A DNA stretch of 64,000 bases from Takakia lepidozioides (taxonomy: Eukaryota > Plantae > Bryophyta): the NCBI GenBank assembly GCA_030704615.1, contig CM060731.1, positions 1,860,001 through 1,924,000 of the forward strand, written 5' to 3'. Below are positions 38,826 to 51,929 of the stretch, piece by piece; within the stretch, counting starts at the first letter, position 1; each line of letters opens with the position of its first letter. The notes below the pieces were generated by a model that made no database searches, was not told the origin of the DNA, and saw nothing but the letters and a program-made list of their open reading frames with translations. The translations under genes were made by a program, and so were the position numbers.

Positions 38826-40559
38826 TTACCATGTCACATTCCCAATCTTTGGGGGGAGCTTAAGAATACAGTTCGTAATAAAAAAAACCCTTTAAAAATA
38901 CTGGCTTGGTAATTCTTGGGTTCAAATAGCTTAAACAAGTATGTTGTAAGCTCAACAGGTCTTTGAGGAAACCATTCTAGCAGGCCTAAGAGTGAGAGCT
39001 TTGATGAAAACAATTCCCTATTACAGCTTTAAAGGACTTGTATGTTCCTAAAAGCACAAGCTGAACTGATTGTACTTCCATGAGTAGATGCAGGGCTATG
39101 GTATGTATCCCAGGGCCTTATCCAGTCACTCTACCAAGTTTTAGAGAGATCCTCAAAAATACCAATCTGTAATCAGGTTATAATCTCCATGGGGGAGCCT
39201 AAAAGAATGTATGTGTTCTTAAAAAGGCTTACCCAATGCCTTACTTAATACATTCTAAAATGGTGAGGCATAAACAGCACTGTCTGACTCTCCAAAAGGC
39301 CAAAAAATAGGTCTGGAAAAATGCATCCGATATCACACTTGCATCACCAAACCCTTGTCATCACAACCAGCCCGAACCTTCACAATAAGGTCTGATTTCT
39401 AGGAGGCCCAGCCCATTTACTTCCCTGACTTAACAGATTTGGTTACCAAGAACCAGAAATCAAAGTAAAGGTTTAAGGCATATCCCCCTTGAAGCAGCTT
39501 TGAAGCAGAAAATTGCAACAACGGCAGCTTGCAGCATATCTTATCCCTCCTGCAATAACCAGATCATCTGCAAGCCAAAGAGTTCACGCCAAGTGAAATC
39601 CCTCACCTGCCCCCGTCCCAAAAACAAACACAAAAAAAGTTTTGTGCGTTAGTGAGGATGCGCGAGGTGAATTACAGGATTTCACAGTTGTTATCCATGT
39701 CAGGTATGAGCCATAAAGCATGCAAAACCAGCAGAAGAAAGCATAGATGTGACACCACAAAGAACCTCAATCTTTTGTGGAGTAGGACGCTGCAGTGTTC
39801 ATCATCTGAATTTGAACGAGCACAACAGATTGCAACGGGAGGAGAGTTGAGGACAGGTTGTATCTTGTAATACAAGCCGCTTCCCCACCTCCATAACCGC
39901 CGCTGCTTCATCAATGAGGAAAAAACGTAGGCAAACATAACAGTATGTCATTTGCCATCGCAGGAGATGAAAGTGTCTGCCGTCATCGCGCGTTCAAAAA
40001 ACAAGAACACACCCGTTCGGATCTTGCTGCTCGGGCATTCAGCCGCCATCAAACATTCGTCCGCCATCGCCCTCTTCCAGAGAAAAAAAACACGCACGAT
40101 ATCGTGCTGTGTCTAGGGCAGAGAGACACTTAAAGGAAAACCACCCGCGATTTCATCCACCATCCGGTATGGATGGTATCAGACCAGGATGAAAAATGGG
40201 CATTCAATAGGTTTAAATCAAATGAGCATAAACCTAAAATGCATTGAAATGCATATCTGCTTGTAAATCATCCAGTTATGGTTATAACAGAAATTTCATT
40301 CAGTATGGATGAAACCTTAAAAACCCTCTTGGATGAACCTGGACCTCTATCCCTGGTCCTTTAGCTACCCCTGTCTGTGTACAAATCATGAATACTTGCT
40401 GCTAGCAGCTGACACTGACGGCGTGAAGTTCTTCCAGCAAACCCCAACCCTAATTATTACAGTAGTTCTAATTCTAAATTGCATCTACTTCTCTCTAGTG
40501 TAGTCCAACATGCATTCACCTTTTTGTCTCCATTGTCTCGCCATTGACTGGGGTCGGAA

Positions 40560-40860
40560 AAGTGTTCATTCCAAAGCTTCTCCTCATCTCTATTACCTGT
40601 TTTTGGATACTTTCATGCTGCCAAACAGAGCAAAACAGGCTGAAATAGGTCAAAGAAGAAGGTATCCTCACCACATTGTCCTTTACCTTGTATCATGACC
40701 CATAGAGGATTTGACCAACCATCAGCCCAAAAGGACCCCTTGTGTGTGCTGCTTGTATCTGTAGTCAGGTAATGTTGGATTGGTATGTGAGATCAATCCA
40801 CCACGGTGTAGCTGAGCAGGCAGAGATTGAAACACGGCCTACTAAGAGCAAGCTTACCTC
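40560..40860 (-). pseudogene. Remnant of the 5' (N-terminal) region of a PPR gene, paralogous to 25930-26160
   Basis: Collinear nucleotide similarity (CAGGCTGAAATAG...CACCACATTGTCCTT...CCACGGTGyAGCTGAGCAG...GATTGAAACACG). Confidence 0.7.
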
Positions 40861-43800
40861 GTCTCTCTCCCAAAAACAGCTGGCGGGGGAATAGCTCTTC
40901 GAATTCAGAGAGGTGGGGGCTATTAAGCCAGGCTTGTTCTAGGGGGGAGGTATTTTCTTTGGTTTCTGTGGTTCTACTGTAGTGATGAGTCATCTGGATC
41001 TCTCATGGACATAATTTCTTGTTCTCACATAAAAGTTTAAAAAATCAACTTGAGCTTCAAAACTATGGTTGGGGCATGTCCTTCTGTAGAGCCAAATGGG
41101 CTTGGCCATATCCGACGGTACTTTAATACTCGAGAAAGGTTGAGGACATGTTGAATAGAGCCCAAAACTAGACTTTTATTTTAGAGTTGTCTTCCCCCAT
41201 TGTCTCTCTTTATTTTGGTCCATTCTTCCTCTACATGTATAATTTTGAAGTGCAAATGCGAGTGCGAGTGCAAGGGAGAGAGTAGAAAGGAGGAGAGAAA
41301 GTGTGTGAGTGTGAGTGCGAGACGTAGCCACTAACTTAACCATCCATTGTATGTTTGATACACAAGCACATGCACATAATCACATATGTTCTTATTTTTT
41401 ATTCACAAGTGTTCATAATCTAGGTTTCAGTCAATGCTCGCATACGATTACAAACTGTAATTGTATCCCGTTTTCAGCTCCATAGCCCAACACCTTTGCA
41501 TCCGTTACATGCCCGCGAGACCTTGCATGACCAAAGCGTGAGGCCGACAAGACTTTGCAGATACAGTACGGGGCATACGCGTGCGTCCAAAGCACAAATT
41601 CAAATGCTATAGTCGTATGTGAAATAACTAATTTAAAACCACTTATAATTATTCCATAAATTATATTATTCATTTCAATAATTAAATTAAATATTAAATA
41701 ATTCAATGTCAAACCCCAAGTTGTTAATACAACTTCTGTACGTGATCTATGCCAGTGTAACATGAAAAAGGCTTTTGTGACTCTCCAGTAGTAAAGCTTA
41801 TTTACAAGTCAAATAATGAGTGGTTTTAGACAGAAAGTAGGTCGCGAGTCGAGGCAAAAAGACATAAGTCCTTCTGTTGCCTAGCTAGCAACTCCTATAA
41901 CCTAGCAGCTATCGCTTGCCAGGGCCCTAGCTGTCTTCACCCTCATATCCGAGGAGTCCTCCACATGAAATTCTCTATTTTGCCAACTTTGCGAATGATG
42001 TTGTCAAATCCCCGCTTTCACATAGTGTAGCTGCTACTCTAAACACTGCAGCTGGCCAAATCTCCGGCATTGCAATCGTTGTTGTAGAAAATAATGGAGC
42101 TTAGCAAAACTATCGTAGCCACACCCAACAATATACTGGCTACACTTTGTTTCGTAGCACCACTCACTGGCAATATTTCCCGAGCCATGTCAACTATTTC
42201 CAATGGTACTCTTGACTCTGACTGTGGTACAATTGGGCGAGGTGCATGTACCGTATTTGTTAGGGCGTCCTTCCGTGTGGAAAAGGATTTCGCCGGGTGC
42301 TAAAAACAAATGGTCGGGTTCCTTCGAGCATTTCCAATGTCATGTGGAGCTCGGCGGCAGAATAATCGTTTTGGACTTTAGCGTGACGTGATAGATGGTA
42401 CTGCAGGTAAGTGTGACTTTAGCACGACTGGTAGGTAAGTGGAGACTGCATTCAATTCGCGGGGTCGTCCGCCGAGCTCTCTTCCCATTTTATCACGTTG
42501 TGCTACCGACACGAGAACTCGGTGACCGGGGCCCGCCGCCCCATGCATGGAAGTCAGAAGTGTACCCAGCCATTTTTGTCCGTTTTCTCCTTTAAATGGT
42601 GGGCCGGGTACATGGAAGGCTGCTCTTAGTGTACACTAGAAGAAAAATCAATTTTTATGACTGCATTTGCAATCATAAGTGACATTTATGACTATAAGAC
42701 TATGTTGTCACAAAAGCCCTGTCATCTCGCCCTAACATATTTTGTCATATATCGAAAGCCCTGACATATTCTGTCATATATGTCATTATATCATATATGC
42801 AGTCAGGAGTGTGGCTGCTTGCATGGCACTTACGTGGCCATAATGGAGTCATATATAGGTATCATGGTTGTGACTTCATATAATACTTCATCCATCCGCC
42901 TCAGCATATATGTGGACGTGGGAAAATTCAGCATGTGTCGGGCAGACATGAACGTACGTGGCATCACTAGAGGACAAAGCATCTGACATGGTTATGACTA
43001 TCACGGATGATTGATTATGACGTCATATGATTCACCGTGGTGCTGACGTGTGAATTGCACACATTGGTGCACGTGTCAACACATGCGGGCTTCAGCTTAT
43101 ATGATTGTCACATATGACTGTGGAAGGATGAACAAGTGAATAAAAGTGGATGTATGTGGGAACGACACGTGGTATCAGGGTGTGTCGCCGCATATGAACT
43201 AGGTTGCTAGGATCGACAGACATGGATATGACTATACTGTGACTGTGGATGGCGACGTGTCGTAGCGAGAATTTGACATTTATTTAAAATTAAATACGAG
43301 ATATTACTCATTGTAGTCATGCCTCGGACTATGACACATACTGCTGACGGTCACATGGTGCATATTAATTGGGGATCTCACGAGCCCGGTCATATTCATC
43401 CAGTCATAGCAATGTATAGCAATACATGTACATATAATACACTGATACATATCAACCACTAACACATCATTGGCACACACAAGTAGCATTTAAGAGTTCA
43501 GAAAGTACAACAAAACATATTGTCATGATTCCATTCAAATGCTTTCACAAATGTCCGCCATAAAATGTTTGAAACCATGCAAAGGTGATAAATACTATCT
43601 TAGCTGGTACGATCTCTTCCAATGCGAAGCGAGAACTAGAGCCACACTCTACCCCCTGAACCTCTCCAACTTCACTAATTTGTCACTCCACACAGTAGTG
43701 TTCCCCAAAGCATCTCCCAGCTCTGTATGTGGAGGTCTCACAGGGGTCTCACCGATTTGTTGTGGTAAGGTATAGCGCTTTTGGAATAAAAACTTCTTTG

Positions 43801-43877
43801 ATGAAGATACCGACATACCCTTCTGGCACAACAAGGTACCCATCACATATCATGTTCTCATGTAGAGCAACGATGAA

Positions 43878-46800
43878 CACTACAACAAATGGGGGGGGTT
43901 TGCGACGCCAGCCGCGCCCCCACGCCCCGCGCGACGCTGAGCCCGCGACACTTTTTTGCGATGCCTCAGCATCGCAATCCCCCACTGCAACACCATTACG
44001 ACGCCCAGCCGTCATAAGGTGGCATGAAGGGGGAAAGGGGGCCTTTGCTACGACGGATTTTTTTTCTTGCGATGCCCCGGCGTCGGAAATCCAAAATAAA
44101 ATAAAATAAAATTTGGGACGTTGCGACACCTTGGCGTCGCAAAAGCATCACTAAGGGCGCCCCATCGCCTCTGCGATGCAACAGCATCATCAAAGTGAGT
44201 TTTTTTTTTTTTTTTTTTTTTTTTGGGCTTTGCGGCCTTCAACTTCACAAAAGCGTCGCTGGGGGCGCCCCGCGCTAGGACACCCAATGTTGCAACGCCA
44301 GGGGGTCGCCACAGGGGGTCGCAATGCTGTTGTGGTCAGCTTAAGTCATCACAAGGACGTCGCTTGGGGCGCCTGACGGTGGGGGGGGTGCGGCTCATAG
44401 AGATTGTTCTAATCGTCGGATGTAAAATGATCTAAGGGTGGAAGAGTAACTTTGTCCTTGCCTGAATTTGTCTAAGTGTTGGGAGAGGGATGGCCTCCAC
44501 CACGGCCTTTGCCTCCTCTACCTCTCTGGACTACATTGCCTCGTCCTCGGCTACCATTGTTCCCTTGGAACTGGCCTGGCCGCAGCTCAGGATGCAAGTC
44601 ATAACAATGGGCCTCCTCATGCCCATACTTGCCACAATGCCCACACTGTAGTTGTGTAGGCTATGCCTGTGCCGGCCCTTTGCCTCTCTCCGGGCAATCT
44701 CTCTTAACATGGGGTCCTCCACAATCCCAACATGTCACACCCGACTGTTGTTGGCCTGAGAATTAAAGAAGTGACCTCTGAAATTGAGATCCTCTCTGTC
44801 CTTCCCTGGGCTTCGGCTGCACCCCCTTGTTGCCTTGAGCACGTTGGGGTAGTGGTTGTTTTGTGCTAGGAGCCCCACTTCGTTGTGTCTCCTTACCAAA
44901 TCCCACCATGACCACTCGCTCCTCCACCATATTGAGCTCTATCCGCTCTGCCAGCAAAAACACGTTTGCTAAGGTGGGTTGGTCCACTTGTAGAAGAGTT
45001 GCATCCTGCACCCTTCTCCTCAACTCCTTGTCCAATATCCCATATCATAAATTGGACTGCTTGAGCTTTCGTAACCCCTTGGGTTATATTTATCAATCGC
45101 CTCATGCGAGTGTAAGCCTCCCTCAAACTCTCGGCAGGCTTTCGTTGGAACTCTTGCAAAGTCCGCAATTTCTCCGTCCTTATCCCCTAGTAGTTTCTCC
45201 TTAACTCCTCGAAGAACTCCACAACTGGGTTAAAGGCAGGCACGGGTGTTGGTGCTGCAGCAGGAGCTTGGGTGGACTTCCCAGCTCCTGTTCCACTTGA
45301 CGTCCCACTGCTGCTTGCAGAAGCTGCCGGTGTAGCTACCGGTGTGACCACTGCCCTTGTGCCTCTAGTGATGGAGACATAGTCAGGTGACCAATATACC
45401 CGCCATTCCTCAATCTCCACCTCATGTCCCCGCCTAAACTCATGGCAGTCATCCATGGGCGGCCCCTCAAGGTGCTGAAACAGCCCCTTCCACGCCATAA
45501 AGGGCGTAAACAGTTGTGGATTGCGCATTTGCTGCAAATCACACCAACTGTCAAACTCTTGTATGAAGTCATCAAGCTCGATGGTGCCACAGCTCTAGAG
45601 TACCTACGTGGCCCCTTGGTCGCTCCATACATTTCCTCCATCGTATCCCACAACAATGGCACGGAAATGGCTTGCACCCTCGGCGAGAATCCTCCTAACT
45701 CTGAGTCTGAACCTTCCTTAGAAGACACTGAATGTGAAGGTGGCCTAAACCACACACCTCGTCTTGTATACCCACTAGTATCGCTGGTGCTTGTACCGGC
45801 ACTCTCCTCAGCAACTGGTGGCACCTCCGTGATGAAAACTCACAACCACACCTGTTGTAAACATGTCTCTAATCCCCCTTTCCACAAGGTAACCAGGTAG
45901 AGAACCTGCTGCAGCTTATGGCTTAGACTACTAGGTTCGTAACATAAACCTGACCTGTATCCACTCCAAGCACTCATATAGTCTGCTGGTCATCAACCCA
46001 GCCTCACCATATGAGAAACAATGATGGTCTGACTGGTCATCACCCCAGCCTCACCACCGACAGCATGCTCTAAGATTGGCCGGTGATCAAATCTGGACCA
46101 ACCTCCTATGAAAACAAGCGCCCACACAAAACTGACATGGCGCACAATCAAGCATGCAGGTGTGGAGGGGATCCAAATACAAGAAAATCAAGACACTAAC
46201 TCCCCCACACCAAAAAAAACACTCCACAATGTCGCTCCTGCAAGGACACCCCAGCCCAAACCCGGACTGACATTTGCCTCCATCTACGGAAAGGTTTTGG
46301 CCTACATAGAGGGTGGAAGACTACGGGGAAGAGAGACTAAAGCAATTCCTAATCCCAGAATGCTCTCATCCCACTAGTCTCCCCCTATCTCTAAACGCTC
46401 TTGCTCATGACCAACAGACATAACTACCTTCCAGGGTCTCTCAAATAACTCGCGTAGGTGTGTTGGTTAGTTTGTAGTGTCTTAGAAATGTTATAATGTG
46501 GAGGTCTTAGGTTCAAGTATGCATTGCATGATATATGTAGAACAATGGAAATATCGCCATTAGACAGAACCGGAGTCAATGGTCAACAAGTTTTTGAAAT
46601 TCAAATTTTCCCGCCTAAATTCAAATGTACCCCCTTAAATTGTGACGTCCGGGTGTTGCAATTTGTGACCCCCGGGCTGCATTGCAGAGTACGTTTTTTT
46701 TTTTTTTTTTCTACGTCCGGGCGTCGCAAATCGCGGTTTCACCTATTTGCGACCCCCATTGGTCGCAAATTTGTGACATTTTTTGGCGACGGGCTTGCGA

Positions 46801-46896
46801 CGTCTGGACGTCGCAAATTTGGTTCTTCCCCCCTCCCCGAGAAGGGCTGTTTTACGACGCCGCGACGTCGACCCCCCCCCCCTTTTTCCTGTAGTG
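43878..46896. mobile_element. Non-autonomous CACTA element with complete ends
   Basis: CACTACA...TGTAGTG termini, a 3-bp GAA target-site duplication (43875-43877 / 46897-46899), and GCGACG/CGTCGC subterminal repeats at both ends. Confidence 0.9.
44450..45900 (-). pseudogene. Decayed Ty3/gypsy gag fragment inside the CACTA element
   Basis: FFEELRRNY, LQEFQRKPAESLREAYTRMRRLI and DKELRRRVQDATLL...LAERIE form a Retrotrans_gag-like fragment with frameshifts. Confidence 0.75.
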
Positions 46897-48339
46897 GAAG
46901 ATGACACCTACCTTTGACTTCGACACAGCCTCTATAAGGCATAGAGAATTGCTTACCTTCAGCTGCCATCCATCCGAAACAAAACGAGTTTCAGAATAGA
47001 GGAACTATACAGTGAAACATGAAAAATGAAACTAGAACGTTGTGTCGCCCATGGACACATGAGTGGATCTAGAATTCACGAGCTATCATAATTTGCATGT
47101 ACGAAGATAGGACTGGAGTGCATAATGGACCTTACCCCATTTTGGACTTGGAGACTCATGTTTGTCATTGCAGACAATGACTCATCCATCCCCTGTTGTG
47201 TAATACTAACATGTGGATGACAACAACATGACTAACATAAAGTGCGAAAGAAACAGATGACTCCACAGTCACAGTAGACACCAAACAAAGCATGACAGCA
47301 TAGGTACAACGCCCAATACACTGGTGCACAACATAACATGCGCCTCGGGCGAGGAATTTAGCAAAGTTTACCATGACTGAAACATACACTCGTGAAGTAC
47401 CCCGTTAAAAGGGACTGTTAGATTGCAAAAACAATCATGTACTAGAGAGCTATGGACTTTTAACTTAGTTGATTACTATGGACTGCAGAGTTGTTCTATG
47501 CTACAAGAACAGCAATGGCCATAAAAACCCAACATGGCACTTGATCTACGGCAAATTGAATGTGCAGAGTGAGAACCAGATTCTCACCTCATTCGTGATT
47601 TGAGTCTGAACAGACTGCGAAACAGGCAGAGCACCTTCTGCTCCAACCAACTACACAGAAGGTCATGGACACATGCTTAGAAGATTAGTAACATAAGGTG
47701 ATATTGAAAGAAAGGTTATTAACAGGGAATAGGCCACAACACTCTGGGCGTGCTGATGTTCAAGAAAGAAACCACAGGCCACATGGATAGCACCCATAGA
47801 CCTGCCCTCACAACCGCCCACTAACCTGCCCACATATCTGCCATTTTCTTCAACGCCACGGGAGCTGCGGCAACTTCTGCAGCTCCAGCCTAGGGTCAAG
47901 TTCCATCTCCAGCACAAAATCATATTCCTGCTGCTAAAGTTCATAGAGCGGATCATGCAGTAGTTGGGATGGGGTTTATGTGTGGAGCTGCATTTGCGAG
48001 GTCACTACAAGTGGATTCTGCCGTTGTTGTTACTTGAGCAACAACTTGTGCTCCTGAGCCAAGAAGAGTGGATATGGATTTTGATCCATAGAGGGGGGAA
48101 GCAAGTCAACAGACAAGACTTCCACATTCATTTACGTGCTTGTGTGCTGGTTGTCCATTTCTCATTGGTGGTTGCATGTTATGGATTAATGTAGGTTAGA
48201 GCTACAGTATTCCACTTCTTGTAGTAGCTATAGTAGCAAGTCGTTCTCCTATCTGTGTAAACATATCCACCATGCTCGAGACCATGCCTTGATCATGACT
48301 CTGACCTTGGCCTTGTACTCTTTGGTTTTGATTACGATT

Positions 48340-48930
48340 TCCGCCATGACCTATGACTCATCCTCCTCTCTAACCTACATTGTCTCGTCCTCGGCCACCA
48401 TTGTTCATTTGAGATTGGTTTGGTCGTAGCTCAGGATATAAGTCATAACAATGGGCCACCTCATGTCTATACTTGTCAGAATGCCCACATTACAGCTGTG
48501 TATGTTGCACCGATGTTGGTCTCTCATCCCTCTTTGGACAATATTTTGAACGTATATGAGGTCCTCCACAATCCCAACTTGTCAAACCCGGCTATCGTTG
48601 GTGTAAAAATGAAGGAAGAGACATTTAATGTCTTTGAGCCCCTCTTTGACCATCCCTAGGCTTCGTCTCAGCCCCCTTGTTGTTTTGACCGCGTAGAGGT
48701 GGTTGTTGTGGTTGGCTAGGAGCACCACACTTTGTTGTGTCTCCTTGCTATATCCCACAATGATCACTTGCTCCTTACCATATTGAGCTTTATCCGCTCT
48801 GCCAACAAAAACACATTCGCTAAGGTAGGTTGGGCCGCTTGTAGGAGAGTTGCATCCATGATCCCGCACCCTTCTCCTAAGCTCCTTATCTAATATCCCA
48901 TGATAATACCAGAATTGAACTGCTTGATAA
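48340..48930 (-). pseudogene. Second decayed gag fragment of the same family as 44500-45065
   Basis: Collinear nucleotide similarity; encodes QAVQFWY...GILDKELRRRVRD. Confidence 0.75.
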
Positions 48931-49326
48931 CATTGAACATTATGTGAAATTAATGACGTTTCAATCATAAGTGATCCGTTGATCTCGTCATTCAATACAT
49001 AACATGCTTTGCTAGCAATAACCTCATCTAAAACAATGGAATTTGAAATTATCTCATCGAGCACCAACAACACAATTTTAAGTAAATCTGGACTAAAGTT
49101 TGGTCCAGAAATAAGGAGAAATATCTGAGTATGTATTTTTTTAATCATTTAAATGAATTTAAATGGATAAATTTAAATATAAATATAAAGATCTATTAAT
49201 ATATAATATGAGCAATAAAGAAACATTATATATAAACTTTAGGAGAAAAAGCAGTTTCTATTTGGCTCATTAAGCAAGTTCCACTGTTCACTCGATGTTT
49301 AGTAAGAGTTGAATGAGATACCAACA

Positions 49327-49541
49327 GTCAGTAGCTCAGTTGGTGAAGTGCACTGAGTGCTACCCAGATGATTATAGGGTCAAATCTTGCTACTGACGAG
49401 TGTGGTATGTTCCTGGGTGGTGTCCCATTCCAACGCCACATGGCGGGATTACTGTGAAAGAGGTTATACTATTAAGGGGGTATGATTTGTGAGCTGTCGC
49501 TTCCAGGTGTTTCCATTACATTAAAAAATAAATTAAAAAAA
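49327..49541 (+). mobile_element. Probable tRNA-derived SINE
   Basis: A-box-like GTAGCTCAGTTGG, B-box-like GGGTCAAATCT, and acceptor-stem pairing GTCAGTA (49327) / TACTGAC (49397), followed by a ~120-bp body and an A-rich tail (49521-49541). No target-site duplication seen. Confidence 0.65.
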
Positions 49542-50819
49542 CGGATGTCGGGTGATAACTCGCTTCATGATCCGCGGCCTGATGGATGATTGGAGCACTA
49601 GTCATATTCGTAATCGCGACTGAGCTTGTGAAGGCCGTTACTATGTAACGTACAAGACAAATCAATCAAATATGTGAGCAAAACATGGCACAATGACACA
49701 ATACCACCATGAAATGAAATGAAAGACAATGGGGAGACATTGATGATAAACAACCAGGTTTTATTTCAGAACCATGTCAATTTGAGTAAGTCTCGCCCCA
49801 TGCGGCATGGACCAATACAAGTAACGTAAACCATGTCAATGAGAGTATCAACTTCTAGAAGGAGGGCTGAACTCCATTAACACAAGACGATGTCGGTCGA
49901 CGTACTTATGATGAAAATATTTTGAGGAAAGTCATTTCCCAAAATCACAATATTTTGACAAGGTTGGAGGGTTCATTTTCAAATCTGTATTCTTCCATTG
50001 TTCCGAAGGTTTTTGTCAGCAGAAGTCCCTGAAATGTTGTCTCGAGAATCGTTGATATGGTGATAATCTCACAAAAAATATCCTCCAATATTACGCCAAC
50101 CAACAATGTCTTGAGCGACCGAAGTTCAGCTGTACTTCTCGAAGAATTGGTGGTCTTGCAGACTTTCAGTGAATCGCGAAGATGATGAATTACTCGTATG
50201 CTCTTCAAAACATAATAACTGACCCTGGAGTAAGATGCTGAATGTATCCAATTGGGGAGTAAGTATGCTGCTCGTATGCTCTGGAGAGTGGCTCGATGAC
50301 GAGTACGCTGATGGAGAGAGTGATGTTTTCTGCGAAATCTTCAAGGAAATAGTGTTGGATGACCAGTTGAGGTTCATCTGTGACGGGCTGTGGTACTTCT
50401 GACGATTTATTGTAAAGCACTCGTAAACTGATCCCCAACTAAATAATCTCCAACTGACTAACCACCAACTAACTGATTGGAGCTGTCACAAGCAATATCA
50501 AAAATCCTATTTACTGCTAGGCGTTTGATGCTATTGTTGTTCCTATAGCTAAATTGTATAGTAGTCGTTTTGTTATTCCCATGCGAACAGTATCAGGTCC
50601 CCAGAGACTGTCATATTCAGACTCCCGTATCAGCCACGGCCCACCATCATTGACCAATATAAAACCATCAGCTGCATGTCAGCTGAGAACTAGATCTTCG
50701 ATTCATTGTATGCGACGCCCACAAGTAGTTGGCCAGCAGCTTGAGATATTTCTTCGGGCTGTGATTGAATGAACTAGAGATTTCATTCTTAGCTGATGGT
50801 TTCATGTATGTGGTGCCTA

Positions 50820-51701
50820 CACTAGAAGAAAAACGCGGAATAACCACTCTGTTAACCACTCATTTTGAGTGGTAAGAGACACTAAACCACTCTGGCCCCA
50901 GAGTGATGAAGAACCAGTGGATTAGGACAAGTGAGTGGTAAAAGACATTACGTGGCATCAGTGGTTAAGGACAGTGGTTTGAACCACTCACGTCCGGGTC
51001 CACCTGTTCGCTGACATGTCACAGTGGTAAATTAACCACTGTGACGTGTAAACTCACCAATGTGACGTGTCACTGAGGTAAACCAACCACTTCTGAGGTG
51101 TCACAGTGGTAAACTGACGTGTCATAGTGGTAAAGTAACCACTTCCGTTGGACACGTGAAAGTCGGTGGTCCGTGGATGATATTGGAGATTATATTGACA
51201 CATGGCGACACTCTCAGCATGGACACGTATCATGTGTCGGTGCTACGAAATGGATGGAGTGAAAAATTCAATGACTTCCGAAACCACTTGTTGAGTGATC
51301 GCAAAATGACTCACAGAGTCATTCTATGAAAATTGAGAATATACAATATCACTCAAACCGTGGTTATGTGAGTGGATGACGTCTCTCAACATGTCATTGG
51401 AATTATTACCCACATAGTGGTATGTAAGTTGTTTGAATTATCCATGGTGTCTCTCTGAGTGGGAACTATGGATTGGAATGATTACTAACAGAGTGGTGTG
51501 TAAGTGATTAGGAATACCACTGGAGGAATTCATACCACTAATACAGTAATATATAGGTGATTACTTATACCACTATAGGAGTGGTAATGGAGGCAATTGT
51601 GTGTATTTGGCTACTCTTACAGTTTTAAATTATACCACTATTACAGTGGCGTGCAAGTGATTAGGAACATGACTAGAGGAACACATACCACTAGTGTAGT
51701 G
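50820..51701. mobile_element. CACTA terminus or short non-autonomous element with AACCACT/AGTGGT subterminal repeats
   Basis: CACTAGAAGAAAAA at 50820 and dense ACCACT/AGTGGT motifs in both orientations. Possible end TAGTG near 51701, but no matching duplication. Confidence 0.7.
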
Positions 51702-51929
51702 AAAGAAGTACCATTGGGGATTCAAGCTCTACAAAATAAAATCCCAGAGAGTAAGTGCTGGAACACTGTCAACAAAATCCAGCCATGATAAAAGTCTGAG
51801 CCTAACTTCTACACGGCGTCTCCGCATGCATGTTAGGAACACTGAACTGCTTTCCTGCCTTCTTCTCATTGCCAGCAATGTCTACGCCCTGGTGAACAAA
51901 ATTGTAAGCCCTCTTCATGTTCTTCTCTG

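Larger units (their letters stand above)
42634..47000 (-). mobile_element. Outer CACTA element remnant: TIR at 42634, subterminal repeats, and a decayed TnpA/Tnp1-like C-terminal coding fragment split by an inner CACTA; right boundary uncertain
   Basis: CACTAGAAGAAAAA at 42634 and ATGACT repeats. Removing 43878-46899 restores the minus-strand peptide SKVGVIFIVALHENMICDGYLVVPEGYVGIFIKEVFIP...PPHTELGDALGNTTVWSDKLV, which resembles En/Spm TnpA C-terminal domains. Confidence 0.6.

Noticed and set aside
49327-49397. Functional tRNA gene
   Set aside because: Degenerate T-loop/B box, mismatched anticodon stem and no oligo-T terminator; better explained as a SINE head or pseudogene.
50840-51700. CRISPR-like or satellite array
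   Set aside because: Short motifs in both orientations with irregular spacing next to a CACTA TIR are typical subterminal repeats, and the context is eukaryotic.
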